64,000 nucleotides of DNA from a virus (lineage: Duplodnaviria > Caudoviricetes): the IMG/VR virus record IMGVR_UViG_3300032285_001531; one strand, given 5' to 3'. Position 1 is the stretch's first letter; each line of letters opens with the position of its first letter. The position numbers and the translations under genes are program-made. Below, piece by piece: positions 9,001 to 15,676 of this stretch. Below the pieces are notes generated by a model. The model was not told the origin of the DNA. It saw nothing but the letters and a program-made list of their open reading frames with translations, and searched no databases.

Positions 9001-9630
9001 ACAGGTGCTGCGGTTGCAGTTCCACCAAGTCATATGATTCTACGTACATTCTTACGTAACGATACAATCGCTTATCCTTGGTTAGCTCCAGCTGGTACAA
9101 AGCGTGGTACAATTGACAATGCTACAAACATTGGTTACATTGATGGTATGAGTGGTGAGTTCGTAACTATTAAGAATCGTGTAGGTATTCGTGATGTATT
9201 ATATACTAATCAAATCAACCCAATCGCATTCTTTACAAATGTTGGTTTCTTAAACTATGGTAATAAGAGTAGTAAAGATACTGGAACCGCACTAGACAGA
9301 ATTAACGTAGGTCGTTTAGTTGCTTATATTCGTGAAAAACTACAAACTTCAGTGCGTCCGTTCGTATTTGAACCAAACGATGCTAAGACTAGAAGTGAAA
9401 TTACTGGTGTTGTTCAAACATTGTTTGTTGACTTAGTTGCTAAGAGAGGTTTATATGATTACCTAGTTGTTTGTGATGGTACAAACAATACTCCTGCAGT
9501 TATTGACAGAAGCGAATTGAGAATTGACATTGCTATTGAACCAGTAAAAGCGGCAGAGTTCATTTATATCCCTGTTCGTGTCTTGAATACAGGTGAAATA
9601 GCACAAAGAGGAAATCAAGTATTCGCTTAA
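6037..9630 (+). CDS. gp18: Contractile tail sheath protein (gp18-like) with large insertion domains
   Basis: N-terminal MALSSPGVEVTIIDQS. C-terminal sheath motifs VPPS...YPWLAPAG..RG, LYTNQINPI, DRINV.RL, FVFEPND..TR and IAIEPVKAAEFIYI. Confidence 0.95.
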   Translation: MALSSPGVEVTIIDQSNYLPATSNSVPLIVLATAKNKANAAGTAVASGTTAANAGKAFIVTSQKDIVALYGNPFFYKTTSGTPIQGYELNEYGLLAAYSLLETTNRCYVLRADIDLASLVGQIGRPKGNPADGTYWLDTTTTNWGIYEFNSVTGKFSLKTPIVITNSVDLAGGYPLQSLGNVGSYAVNAIDPVVVDPLNNSMYFFKNSDNIWVQLGAKEWKQSIPAIVGTNSNPTLTAGQTFTITTYGALGNYALTVTVPSSPNNTVSGVAAAINNRGLGDIQASIINGKLNIFYSVASDIAYQPYLELSSTDTVLTDLGMTAGVKYYPPQVVNGSSAQMPLWTTGQNTPHPTGSVWIKSSIVGNGMNLLLSKFNTASAAFVQKPVSVYRNISNATATIDSTGGKNITAGTTVAVFDSPSESNEFCNNVYFYERLATGPTVVKGTVKNPTLPNSAQIYVFVSTPRLGITTNSTLYTVTLPSAGTVGATEFCTAWSATNIPNTTATVATDGSIALTHTLGGEIAMYVPFGNNSYQTTLTDAGLTAATNSSIANFAITRQEFTGVSQYSTTGAGSGAVFNVVIALNNYTVSSIVSGGSGYQVGDKITLAGASFGGATPNNNFVFEVMSVSTGNAITSVAHVSGGLNIGYYNLVSNWKQITYVANEGAPFTNPLENTNWYYSAIDQVDIMINQGGIWKGYREVNYDSNGHPITTGTNATDPNGPIISATTPTAQSDGTVLVYGDLWIDTSDLENYPLINRWQLADGVDQWVRLDNTDQVTSNGVLFADARWADNNETDPVSDPFPTIKSLLISNYLDLDAPSGVDHPQGMLLWNTRRSGYNVKQFRGNYFNGISFPDQTLPFVKNAWVSVSGLKTDGSPYMGRKAQRAMVVKSLKSVISTNMTVREEDNYFNMIACPGYPELQPEMVGLNNARNNTAYIIGDTPFRLPDDATAIQNWATNAAGAAATGEDGLVTRNEYMGLFYPSGISTDLTGAAVAVPPSHMILRTFLRNDTIAYPWLAPAGTKRGTIDNATNIGYIDGMSGEFVTIKNRVGIRDVLYTNQINPIAFFTNVGFLNYGNKSSKDTGTALDRINVGRLVAYIREKLQTSVRPFVFEPNDAKTRSEITGVVQTLFVDLVAKRGLYDYLVVCDGTNNTPAVIDRSELRIDIAIEPVKAAEFIYIPVRVLNTGEIAQRGNQVFA

Positions 9631-9639
9631 GCGGAAAAC

Positions 9640-9647
9640 GATAAATA
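9640..9647 (+). promoter_or_regulatory. Late promoter for the tail tube gene
   Basis: GATAAATA, then SD AAGGAG and ATG 9668. Confidence 0.7.
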
Positions 9648-9667
9648 ATATTAAGGAGATTTAAAAC

Positions 9668-10309
9668 ATGGCAACAGCATCACAATCACTGTTCAATATG
9701 TCTGTAGGGGCAGATAACACCCCAAGTACAGCAGCACTGTTGATGCCGAAATTACAATTCCGTTTTAGAGCGTTATTTCTAAACTTCGGAGTAGGCGGAG
9801 CTACTCAGGAATTGACAAGACAGGTTATAGACATTACACGTCCTCAGTTAACTTTCACTGAGATACCAATTGATATCTATAACAGTAAAATGTACCTGGC
9901 AGGTAAACATGACTGGGCAGCTACTACACTTAATCTACGTGATGATGCAACTGGTAAAGTTGCTTCATTAGTAGGTCAACAAATTCAGAAACAAATGGAC
10001 TTTGTTGAACAAGCAAGTGCAGCTACTGGACAAGATTATAAATTCCAACTCAACTACGAAGTACTTGACGGTGGTAACGGAACAGCTACTCCAACAGTAC
10101 TTGAGACTTGGGAGTTATATGGTTGCTTCATTCAATCAGTTAATTACAACAATATGAGTTATAGCGAAAGTAATGCTGCTACAATTCAACTTGTAGTTCG
10201 TTATGACAATGCAATTAGTTCACCACTAAGTTCTGGAATTGGTGTTGCAGTTGGTCGTGCATTAGGTGGTACTACAATTACTGGTATCGGTCGCGGTACT
10301 GCTGCTTAA
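9668..10309 (+). CDS. gp19: Tail tube protein (gp19-like)
   Basis: 213 aa directly after the sheath. LMPKLQFRFR...RP.L.F.EI...YLAGKH.W...ETWELYGCF. Confidence 0.88.
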   Translation: MATASQSLFNMSVGADNTPSTAALLMPKLQFRFRALFLNFGVGGATQELTRQVIDITRPQLTFTEIPIDIYNSKMYLAGKHDWAATTLNLRDDATGKVASLVGQQIQKQMDFVEQASAATGQDYKFQLNYEVLDGGNGTATPTVLETWELYGCFIQSVNYNNMSYSESNAATIQLVVRYDNAISSPLSSGIGVAVGRALGGTTITGIGRGTAA

Positions 10310-10312
10310 TAG

Positions 10313-11497
10313 ATGGCTGGATTTTTTCAAAATCTATTAGGAGAAGATGTTCTCGGAGGATTCGTTGGTGGCTTGTTCGGCAACGATTATCTCCGAGATT
10401 TCCAACATGCTAGTCGTGTATTCAGAACAAATGGATACGCATATAGTCCTAAATTCAAGTTTCTATTTCATGTATACTTTGAGATAAACACAGATTTAAT
10501 TGGATTAAAAGCCCAGTTCCCTCAAGATGCACATTTTGGATTAGCAGTAAAATCAATATCACTTCCTGGATATAGTTTCAGTACATCAACACATAATCAA
10601 TATAATCGTAAAAGAATCGTACAAACTAAAATTAATTACGATGATGTAAACATTACTTTCCATGATGATAACGCAAACTTAATACGTAATCTATGGTATG
10701 CATACTATACATATTACTACAAAGATGCAACTAAACGTGCAAGTGATCCTAATACATCAGCATATAATCAACGTTCAGCCACAGATCCTTCATTCGTAGA
10801 CGAATATGCTACAAGCTATAAAGTTTATGATTATAATAGAAGAAATATATATGACCCTTCATTGATGCAAGATACTGACTGGGGTTATATTGGTGAAAGT
10901 AACTTAGACCAACAAACAGCATTGGGTGTTACTTTAGGAGCAAGTAAAGCTCCGTTCTTTAAATCAATTGAAATTTATGGATTTAATCAACATAGTTTTT
11001 CACAATACAAACTAATCAATCCAATGATTACATCATTTAAACATGATACATATGATTATAGTCAAGCAAATGGCACAATGCAACATTCTATGACACTAGC
11101 ATATGAAACTGTTAAATACAGTGAAGGTGCAATTGATGGCAATGCAATCATTAGTGGTGGAACTAGTAGAACAGCTAATGCAAGTGCTAGAGATTTTGGT
11201 CAAGATTACTATGACACAACTGTTAGTCCAATCTCAAGACCGGGTGCTAATTCAACCATATTAGGTCAAGGTGGTTTGATTGATGCAGTTGGTGGATTCT
11301 CAAAAGATTTGCAATCTGGAAATCTATTAGGAGCTATAACAACTGCAGGAAGAACATATAATACCTTCAAAAATGGTAATTTAAAGACAGCAGCACAGAA
11401 TGATATCAAATCAACAATTTATAATGCTGCTGCAGGGACACCAAATAGAAACACACCATTTAGTTTCCCTGGGAATAAAGTTAGCCCCTTTCAATAA
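10313..11497 (+). CDS. Baseplate/tail-tube initiator-like protein (gp48/gp54-like)
   Basis: Tube-like fold motifs VKSISLPGYSF...NQYNRKRIVQTKINYDDVNITFHDD, L.NP.IT.F.HD..DY and M.LAYE.V.Y. Confidence 0.6.
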   Translation: MAGFFQNLLGEDVLGGFVGGLFGNDYLRDFQHASRVFRTNGYAYSPKFKFLFHVYFEINTDLIGLKAQFPQDAHFGLAVKSISLPGYSFSTSTHNQYNRKRIVQTKINYDDVNITFHDDNANLIRNLWYAYYTYYYKDATKRASDPNTSAYNQRSATDPSFVDEYATSYKVYDYNRRNIYDPSLMQDTDWGYIGESNLDQQTALGVTLGASKAPFFKSIEIYGFNQHSFSQYKLINPMITSFKHDTYDYSQANGTMQHSMTLAYETVKYSEGAIDGNAIISGGTSRTANASARDFGQDYYDTTVSPISRPGANSTILGQGGLIDAVGGFSKDLQSGNLLGAITTAGRTYNTFKNGNLKTAAQNDIKSTIYNAAAGTPNRNTPFSFPGNKVSPFQ

Positions 11498-11499
11498 TT

Positions 11500-11859
11500 A
11501 TGGCATTAATTGATTTTACAAGAACTGAATTAGACAACACTGTAAGACTTTTTGATAAGTTTTATGACAGTAAACTAACTGTTGGTGCAAATGAGTATGA
11601 TGTTATTTTCTCATATTTTGTATCTGTTTGCAAAACTACCAACGCAGCAGCAAACTTTACTTATATCTTATTTCGTATAGCAGCATTAACAAATGAACCT
11701 GTTGTAACATTACTTGGATATCTACAAGGTAAAACAGGAGTAGAAGTTAATAGTATCATGGCTTACTATTTGAATACGATTCAATCAAAAACGACATTGT
11801 ATGGTATAAGCAATGTTCCACTACCCAATCCTAGCGTACAACGTAACGTAATTATCTAA
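11500..11859 (+). CDS. Hypothetical protein (probably structural)
   Basis: 119 aa, contiguous within the tail operon. Confidence 0.65.
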   Translation: MALIDFTRTELDNTVRLFDKFYDSKLTVGANEYDVIFSYFVSVCKTTNAAANFTYILFRIAALTNEPVVTLLGYLQGKTGVEVNSIMAYYLNTIQSKTTLYGISNVPLPNPSVQRNVII

Positions 11860-11860
11860 A

Positions 11861-12313
11861 ATGGCTAACTTTGCACAAGGTGTCTACGAAATACGCAATC
11901 CAGAAAAATATGTAGGCGGTACTAAACCTAGATACAGATCAGGATGGGAATTTACTTTCATGCAATTCTGTGATAATAACAAGAGTGTTATTAAATGGGC
12001 AAGTGAAAGCATTAGAATTCCATATCGTCATCCATTAACAGGAAAGAACACAACATACGTTCCTGACTTCTTTATTATCTATGAAAACAAGTTCGGTCTT
12101 AAACGTGCTGAAATCGTAGAAATTAAACCAAAGAAACAAAGTCTTATAGAAAGTCGCACAGCTAGTGCAAGAGACAGAGCAATTGTAGCAATTAATCATG
12201 CTAAATGGCAAGCAGCTAATGCATACTGCAAAGCACAGGGATTGACCTTCAGAGTAATAAATGAGCAAGATTTGTTCGTTAACGGTAATCCAAATTACAA
12301 GAAAAAAAGATAA
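11861..12313 (+). CDS. gp4: T4 gp4-like head completion nuclease (TnsA N-terminal-like fold)
   Basis: YRSGWE..FM.FCD.N..V..WASE.I.IPY..P.......YVPDF....EIKP...N.AKW.AA...C......FRVI.E. Confidence 0.88.
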   Translation: MANFAQGVYEIRNPEKYVGGTKPRYRSGWEFTFMQFCDNNKSVIKWASESIRIPYRHPLTGKNTTYVPDFFIIYENKFGLKRAEIVEIKPKKQSLIESRTASARDRAIVAINHAKWQAANAYCKAQGLTFRVINEQDLFVNGNPNYKKKR

Positions 12314-12378
12314 ATATAAGTGTAGTTCGCGGATCTGGACAATCCCAACTACTCTAACGCTTAAAGGAGCAATCAGCA
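12309..12378 (+). promoter_or_regulatory. Late promoter plus structured 5' leader of an HNH endonuclease gene
   Basis: GATAAATA (12309-12316). GTAGTT (12322-27) pairs with AACTAC (12347-52), enclosing GGAT-CTGGACA-ATCC. SD AAGGAG follows. Confidence 0.6.
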
Positions 12379-12680
12379 ATGATATTTATCAACAACAAAT
12401 ATACCAACTGGTATAATTCAATAATCAACAACGTTAAAAATAGAAATATAACCGGCTATACAGAAAAACATCATATCATACCTAGTTCTTTGGGTGGTGA
12501 TAATTCTAAAGAAAATATAGTTTCCTTAACTGCAAGAGAGCATTTTGTATGTCACTTACTGCTGTATTTGAACTGGTGGACATTGGTATGAATGTAAGAC
12601 AAATCGCATTAAATTTGGGCATATCCTGGGACAGAGTAAAATACATTTTAGACAACCGATCCAGAATAAATAATATATGA
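12379..12680 (+). pseudogene. Internally deleted or frameshifted HNH homing endonuclease remnant
   Basis: 12379-12591 encodes an HNH N-terminus (EKHHIIP.SLGG.N..EN.V.LTAREHFVCHLLL) and stops at 70 aa. The -1 frame (12549-12680) encodes an HTH-like C-terminus, AVFELVDIGMNVRQIALNLGISWDRVKYIL. Confidence 0.7.
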
Positions 12681-13168
12681 CAAAAAAATTATCAGAATTA
12701 TTTAACTTACCACTAGATTCCGAAGATGAGGATTTAACAAGTCCTATTTCAGAAATCGGAGATGAAATTACTACCACCGCATACACTAATTTGGAACGTA
12801 TAGAAGCTGCGTTACCTCAGGTGAGGGGACTAGAAATGGCTGATATTGAATTAGATGAACTAGCGACACTAGCTAAAGAAAGTTTCAATGATTTAAGCGA
12901 TTTAGCAATGCAAGTGGATAGCAGGTTTGCAAGTGAAATATTTAATGCAGCAAGTAGTATGCTAGGTCATGCTATCACAGCTAAAACAGCTAAGATTAAC
13001 AAGAAACTAAAAATGATTGATTTGCAGCTTAAAAAAGCAGCATTGGATCACAAGATGACGGAAAAAACTAAAGAGATTGAAGCTACTCCGTTGGGTGAAG
13101 GACAGGTCCTAGATAGAACGGAACTGCTCAAAGCCATAATTAGTAAAAATACCAATAATGATAAATAA
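12677..13168 (+). CDS. Putative terminase small subunit (gp16-like)
   Basis: 163 aa, helical. ESFNDLSDLAMQVDSRFASEIFNAASSMLGHAITAKTAKINKKLKMIDLQ parallels the two-helix oligomerisation core of T4-like gp16 proteins. Confidence 0.5.
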   Translation: MTKKLSELFNLPLDSEDEDLTSPISEIGDEITTTAYTNLERIEAALPQVRGLEMADIELDELATLAKESFNDLSDLAMQVDSRFASEIFNAASSMLGHAITAKTAKINKKLKMIDLQLKKAALDHKMTEKTKEIEATPLGEGQVLDRTELLKAIISKNTNNDK

Positions 13169-13186
13169 TATTAATAGGAATAAACC

Positions 13187-13783
13187 ATGAAAACCTTTCG
13201 CCACTATCTAGCAGAAAGTGTACGTACATATCGTTACACTATCAAAATCGCAGGAGATATCGACAAGAACTTTGTTGATATGTTTAAGTACAACCTGACA
13301 AAATTCGATCCTGTAAGTATCAGCGATCCGAAAAGCACCCCAATTCAGAAAGACCCATATGGGTTCCCTGACTTGCACAATCAAGCAATTCATGTGTTCA
13401 AAGCAGAATTTAAATATCCTGCAACTGAACCAATGATTCAGCAAATTGTACAGTTATTGGGCAAGAATATTAATGCAGTTCGTGTAGTCACCACTGATTA
13501 TGACGAAAGCGTTAATAAAGAAGGTGAACAATACGAGAATGAAATTTCACATAGTCCAATATTATTACATGGTGAATTAGAAGATAATGGCAAAGAAGCA
13601 AGTAAAGATTATGCTAATCAATATCTAGACAAAGTAGTTCCAAAGAAGCCAACATTTGATTATAAATTTGATGCACCTAAAACTCCAGATGCAAAGAATA
13701 CTTCTAAAGAAAATATCGGTACAACTAGTCCAATGACAAATGTAAAACGTCAACCAAAACCAAGCACCGGAGCACACAAATAA
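13187..13783 (+). CDS. Probable internal head protein with a T4-like capsid-targeting N-terminus
   Basis: Begins MKTFRHYLAE|S, compared with the T4 IPII/IPIII targeting sequence MKTYQEFIAE. Late promoter GATAAATA at 13160-13167. Confidence 0.55.
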   Translation: MKTFRHYLAESVRTYRYTIKIAGDIDKNFVDMFKYNLTKFDPVSISDPKSTPIQKDPYGFPDLHNQAIHVFKAEFKYPATEPMIQQIVQLLGKNINAVRVVTTDYDESVNKEGEQYENEISHSPILLHGELEDNGKEASKDYANQYLDKVVPKKPTFDYKFDAPKTPDAKNTSKENIGTTSPMTNVKRQPKPSTGAHK

Positions 13784-13784
13784 A

Positions 13785-14003
13785 ATGATAGACTTTACTA
13801 CAAGTCAGTTGACATGGATAGTTGTTGGCGCTTGCAGCTTAGGCGGCGGTGGCTACCTAACTATGAATTCAAGCATTGCAAGTTTAGATAAAAAGATTGA
13901 AGTATCTAATATCAGAGCAGAAGCTACCCAAGAGAAAATTTCTTTATTACAAGCTCAGTTAGATAGAATCGAAAACAAGTTAGATTCTAGAGGTAGTAGA
14001 TAA
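13785..14003 (+). CDS. Small membrane-anchored coiled-coil protein
   Basis: 72 aa with an N-terminal hydrophobic helix followed by a heptad-rich tail. Confidence 0.6.
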   Translation: MIDFTTSQLTWIVVGACSLGGGGYLTMNSSIASLDKKIEVSNIRAEATQEKISLLQAQLDRIENKLDSRGSR

Positions 14004-15658
14004 TGAAGGCCAAAGATATTATTACTGAATGGACAGATCCTCAGGATATGATTCTTGGACCTAGAGGTCGCCCTGGTGCAGAAATGGGACCTGGTAGTTA
14101 CGGAGGTGGAGGATTCACCGGAGGCAGAGGAAGAACTGCAATAGGTCCAGGTACAGCAGAAGTTATTCCTGTTACACGAAGCACTAGAGGACAGACATTT
14201 AAAGATTTAAATCCAACGGATCTTAAGACTACAAATAACTCTATTTTATCAAAGATTAAAGATTTAGTAAGTAAGCCAGGTAAAGAAGTACCTGCTAATA
14301 AAAAAATAGAACCTACATTTGTAGATAATGTAAAACAAATTAGTGGTTCATCTAGAGAAGTTAAACCTACAACCCCAAACAGTGCAACTACAACTCAAAC
14401 TGTTTCAGGTAAAGTACAAAAACCAAAAATTGAAATTAAACCAGGTGAAACACCAAAAGATGCTGTCAATCGTGCCCAAGCAGAATTAAAAAGTAAACAA
14501 AATAAGCCATTAAGTAAAGAAGCACAAAAATATAAACAAGAACAAGAAAAATGGAAAGATTGGGCTGATAAGAATAAAGAAACTAAAACTGAAAAATCTT
14601 CAGACAAAAATTCTAATAAATCTAATAAAATAGAACCAACTTCAAATAGAGTTGCTGATAAAACTAATAAAAATCAAAATAGAGAAGAACCTAGTTTCAC
14701 TAGTGACAAAAAAGTGTCATTGAATCCTAATAAGAAAAAAAATAAAGGTAATCAAAATAGTGATACAAGTAATCTAAAAGCATCACCTGCAGAAAAAAAA
14801 GCATTAAAAGCAGCGGCTCTTCCGATGGCGACAGCTATTGCATTAGGTGCGAAAGGTTACTATGATTCAGTTAAGGGTGATGAAGATACCAAAGATAATT
14901 CATCAAAGCCAGAAGATAAGCCAGCAGATAATTCAACAGATAATTCAACAGATAAGCCAGCAGATAATACAGCAGATAATACAGCAGATAATACAGCTAA
15001 ACCGGCTGATACAGATTCATCTTCAAATAACTCTGCGGATAAATCAGCAGATAGTTCATCAAAGCCAGCAGATAGTTCATCAAAGCCGGCGGATAACAGT
15101 ATATCTAAACCGGCTGATAGTAATTCATCTTCAGCTAACTCAGCAAGTAATAATGCTAATGCAGGGAGAGCAGTACGTTCAAAAACTAGGGTATCATCGG
15201 ATAACTTAAATAAACCTACAGGTGGTGAACTAGCTGATCTTATGAGATTAGCTGGGAATGATAAATCTTCTTCTAGTAATAAAGCTATAGACCCAGTTGA
15301 TACAGTTAAACCTATCGAAGTAGCTCCTGATATTGAACTATCAAACACTGATAATGTAATATCTAAACCATCAAGACCAGGTGAATACGATCAAACTGAC
15401 AAAGGCTTATTAGGCGGTACTATTAAATATCGTACTGACAGTGAAGGTAGACATTGGATAGCAAATCCTCAAAAACAAGGTCCAGCATTACAGAATCTTA
15501 ATAGAGGTGCCCCAGATGAAGTTCCGTATGTAACATCAGGACAAGTTAGTGATGTTGTTGATAGAGCGAAATCAGGTGTTAAAAGTATTTTAGGAATGAA
15601 CGAAAGTGTTGAAGCTAATCAAGCTTTATCAACAATTAAACGTTTATCAAGACAATAG
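14003..15658 (+). CDS. Low-complexity, probably head-packaged protein
   Basis: 551 aa. Starts MKAKDIITE|W; K/N-rich half, a short hydrophobic segment (ALPMATAIALGA), a D/S/N/K/P/A repeat tract, and C-terminal ..STIKRLSRQ. Confidence 0.7.
   Translation: MKAKDIITEWTDPQDMILGPRGRPGAEMGPGSYGGGGFTGGRGRTAIGPGTAEVIPVTRSTRGQTFKDLNPTDLKTTNNSILSKIKDLVSKPGKEVPANKKIEPTFVDNVKQISGSSREVKPTTPNSATTTQTVSGKVQKPKIEIKPGETPKDAVNRAQAELKSKQNKPLSKEAQKYKQEQEKWKDWADKNKETKTEKSSDKNSNKSNKIEPTSNRVADKTNKNQNREEPSFTSDKKVSLNPNKKKNKGNQNSDTSNLKASPAEKKALKAAALPMATAIALGAKGYYDSVKGDEDTKDNSSKPEDKPADNSTDNSTDKPADNTADNTADNTAKPADTDSSSNNSADKSADSSSKPADSSSKPADNSISKPADSNSSSANSASNNANAGRAVRSKTRVSSDNLNKPTGGELADLMRLAGNDKSSSSNKAIDPVDTVKPIEVAPDIELSNTDNVISKPSRPGEYDQTDKGLLGGTIKYRTDSEGRHWIANPQKQGPALQNLNRGAPDEVPYVTSGQVSDVVDRAKSGVKSILGMNESVEANQALSTIKRLSRQ
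14900..15130 (+). repeat. In-frame tandem repeats (12-nt and 21-nt units)
   Basis: GCAGATAATACA x3 (14960-14995) and CAGCAGATAGTTCATCAAAGC x2 (15045-15086), plus degenerate copies, encoding ADNT/TDNS/KPADSSS repeats. Confidence 0.85.
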
Positions 15659-15676
15659 GAATTAAGGAGTAATATT

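Noticed and set aside
12319-12360. Possible tRNA
   Set aside because: Only one nested hairpin; no cloverleaf, anticodon arm or CCA end.
14900-15130. Possible CRISPR array
   Set aside because: The repeats are contiguous and in-frame, with no unique spacers.
14847-15348. Overlapping ORFs 14847-15209 (+) and 14860-15348 (-)
   Set aside because: They are alternative-frame read-outs of the tandem repeat tract (IIQQ and LSA repeats).
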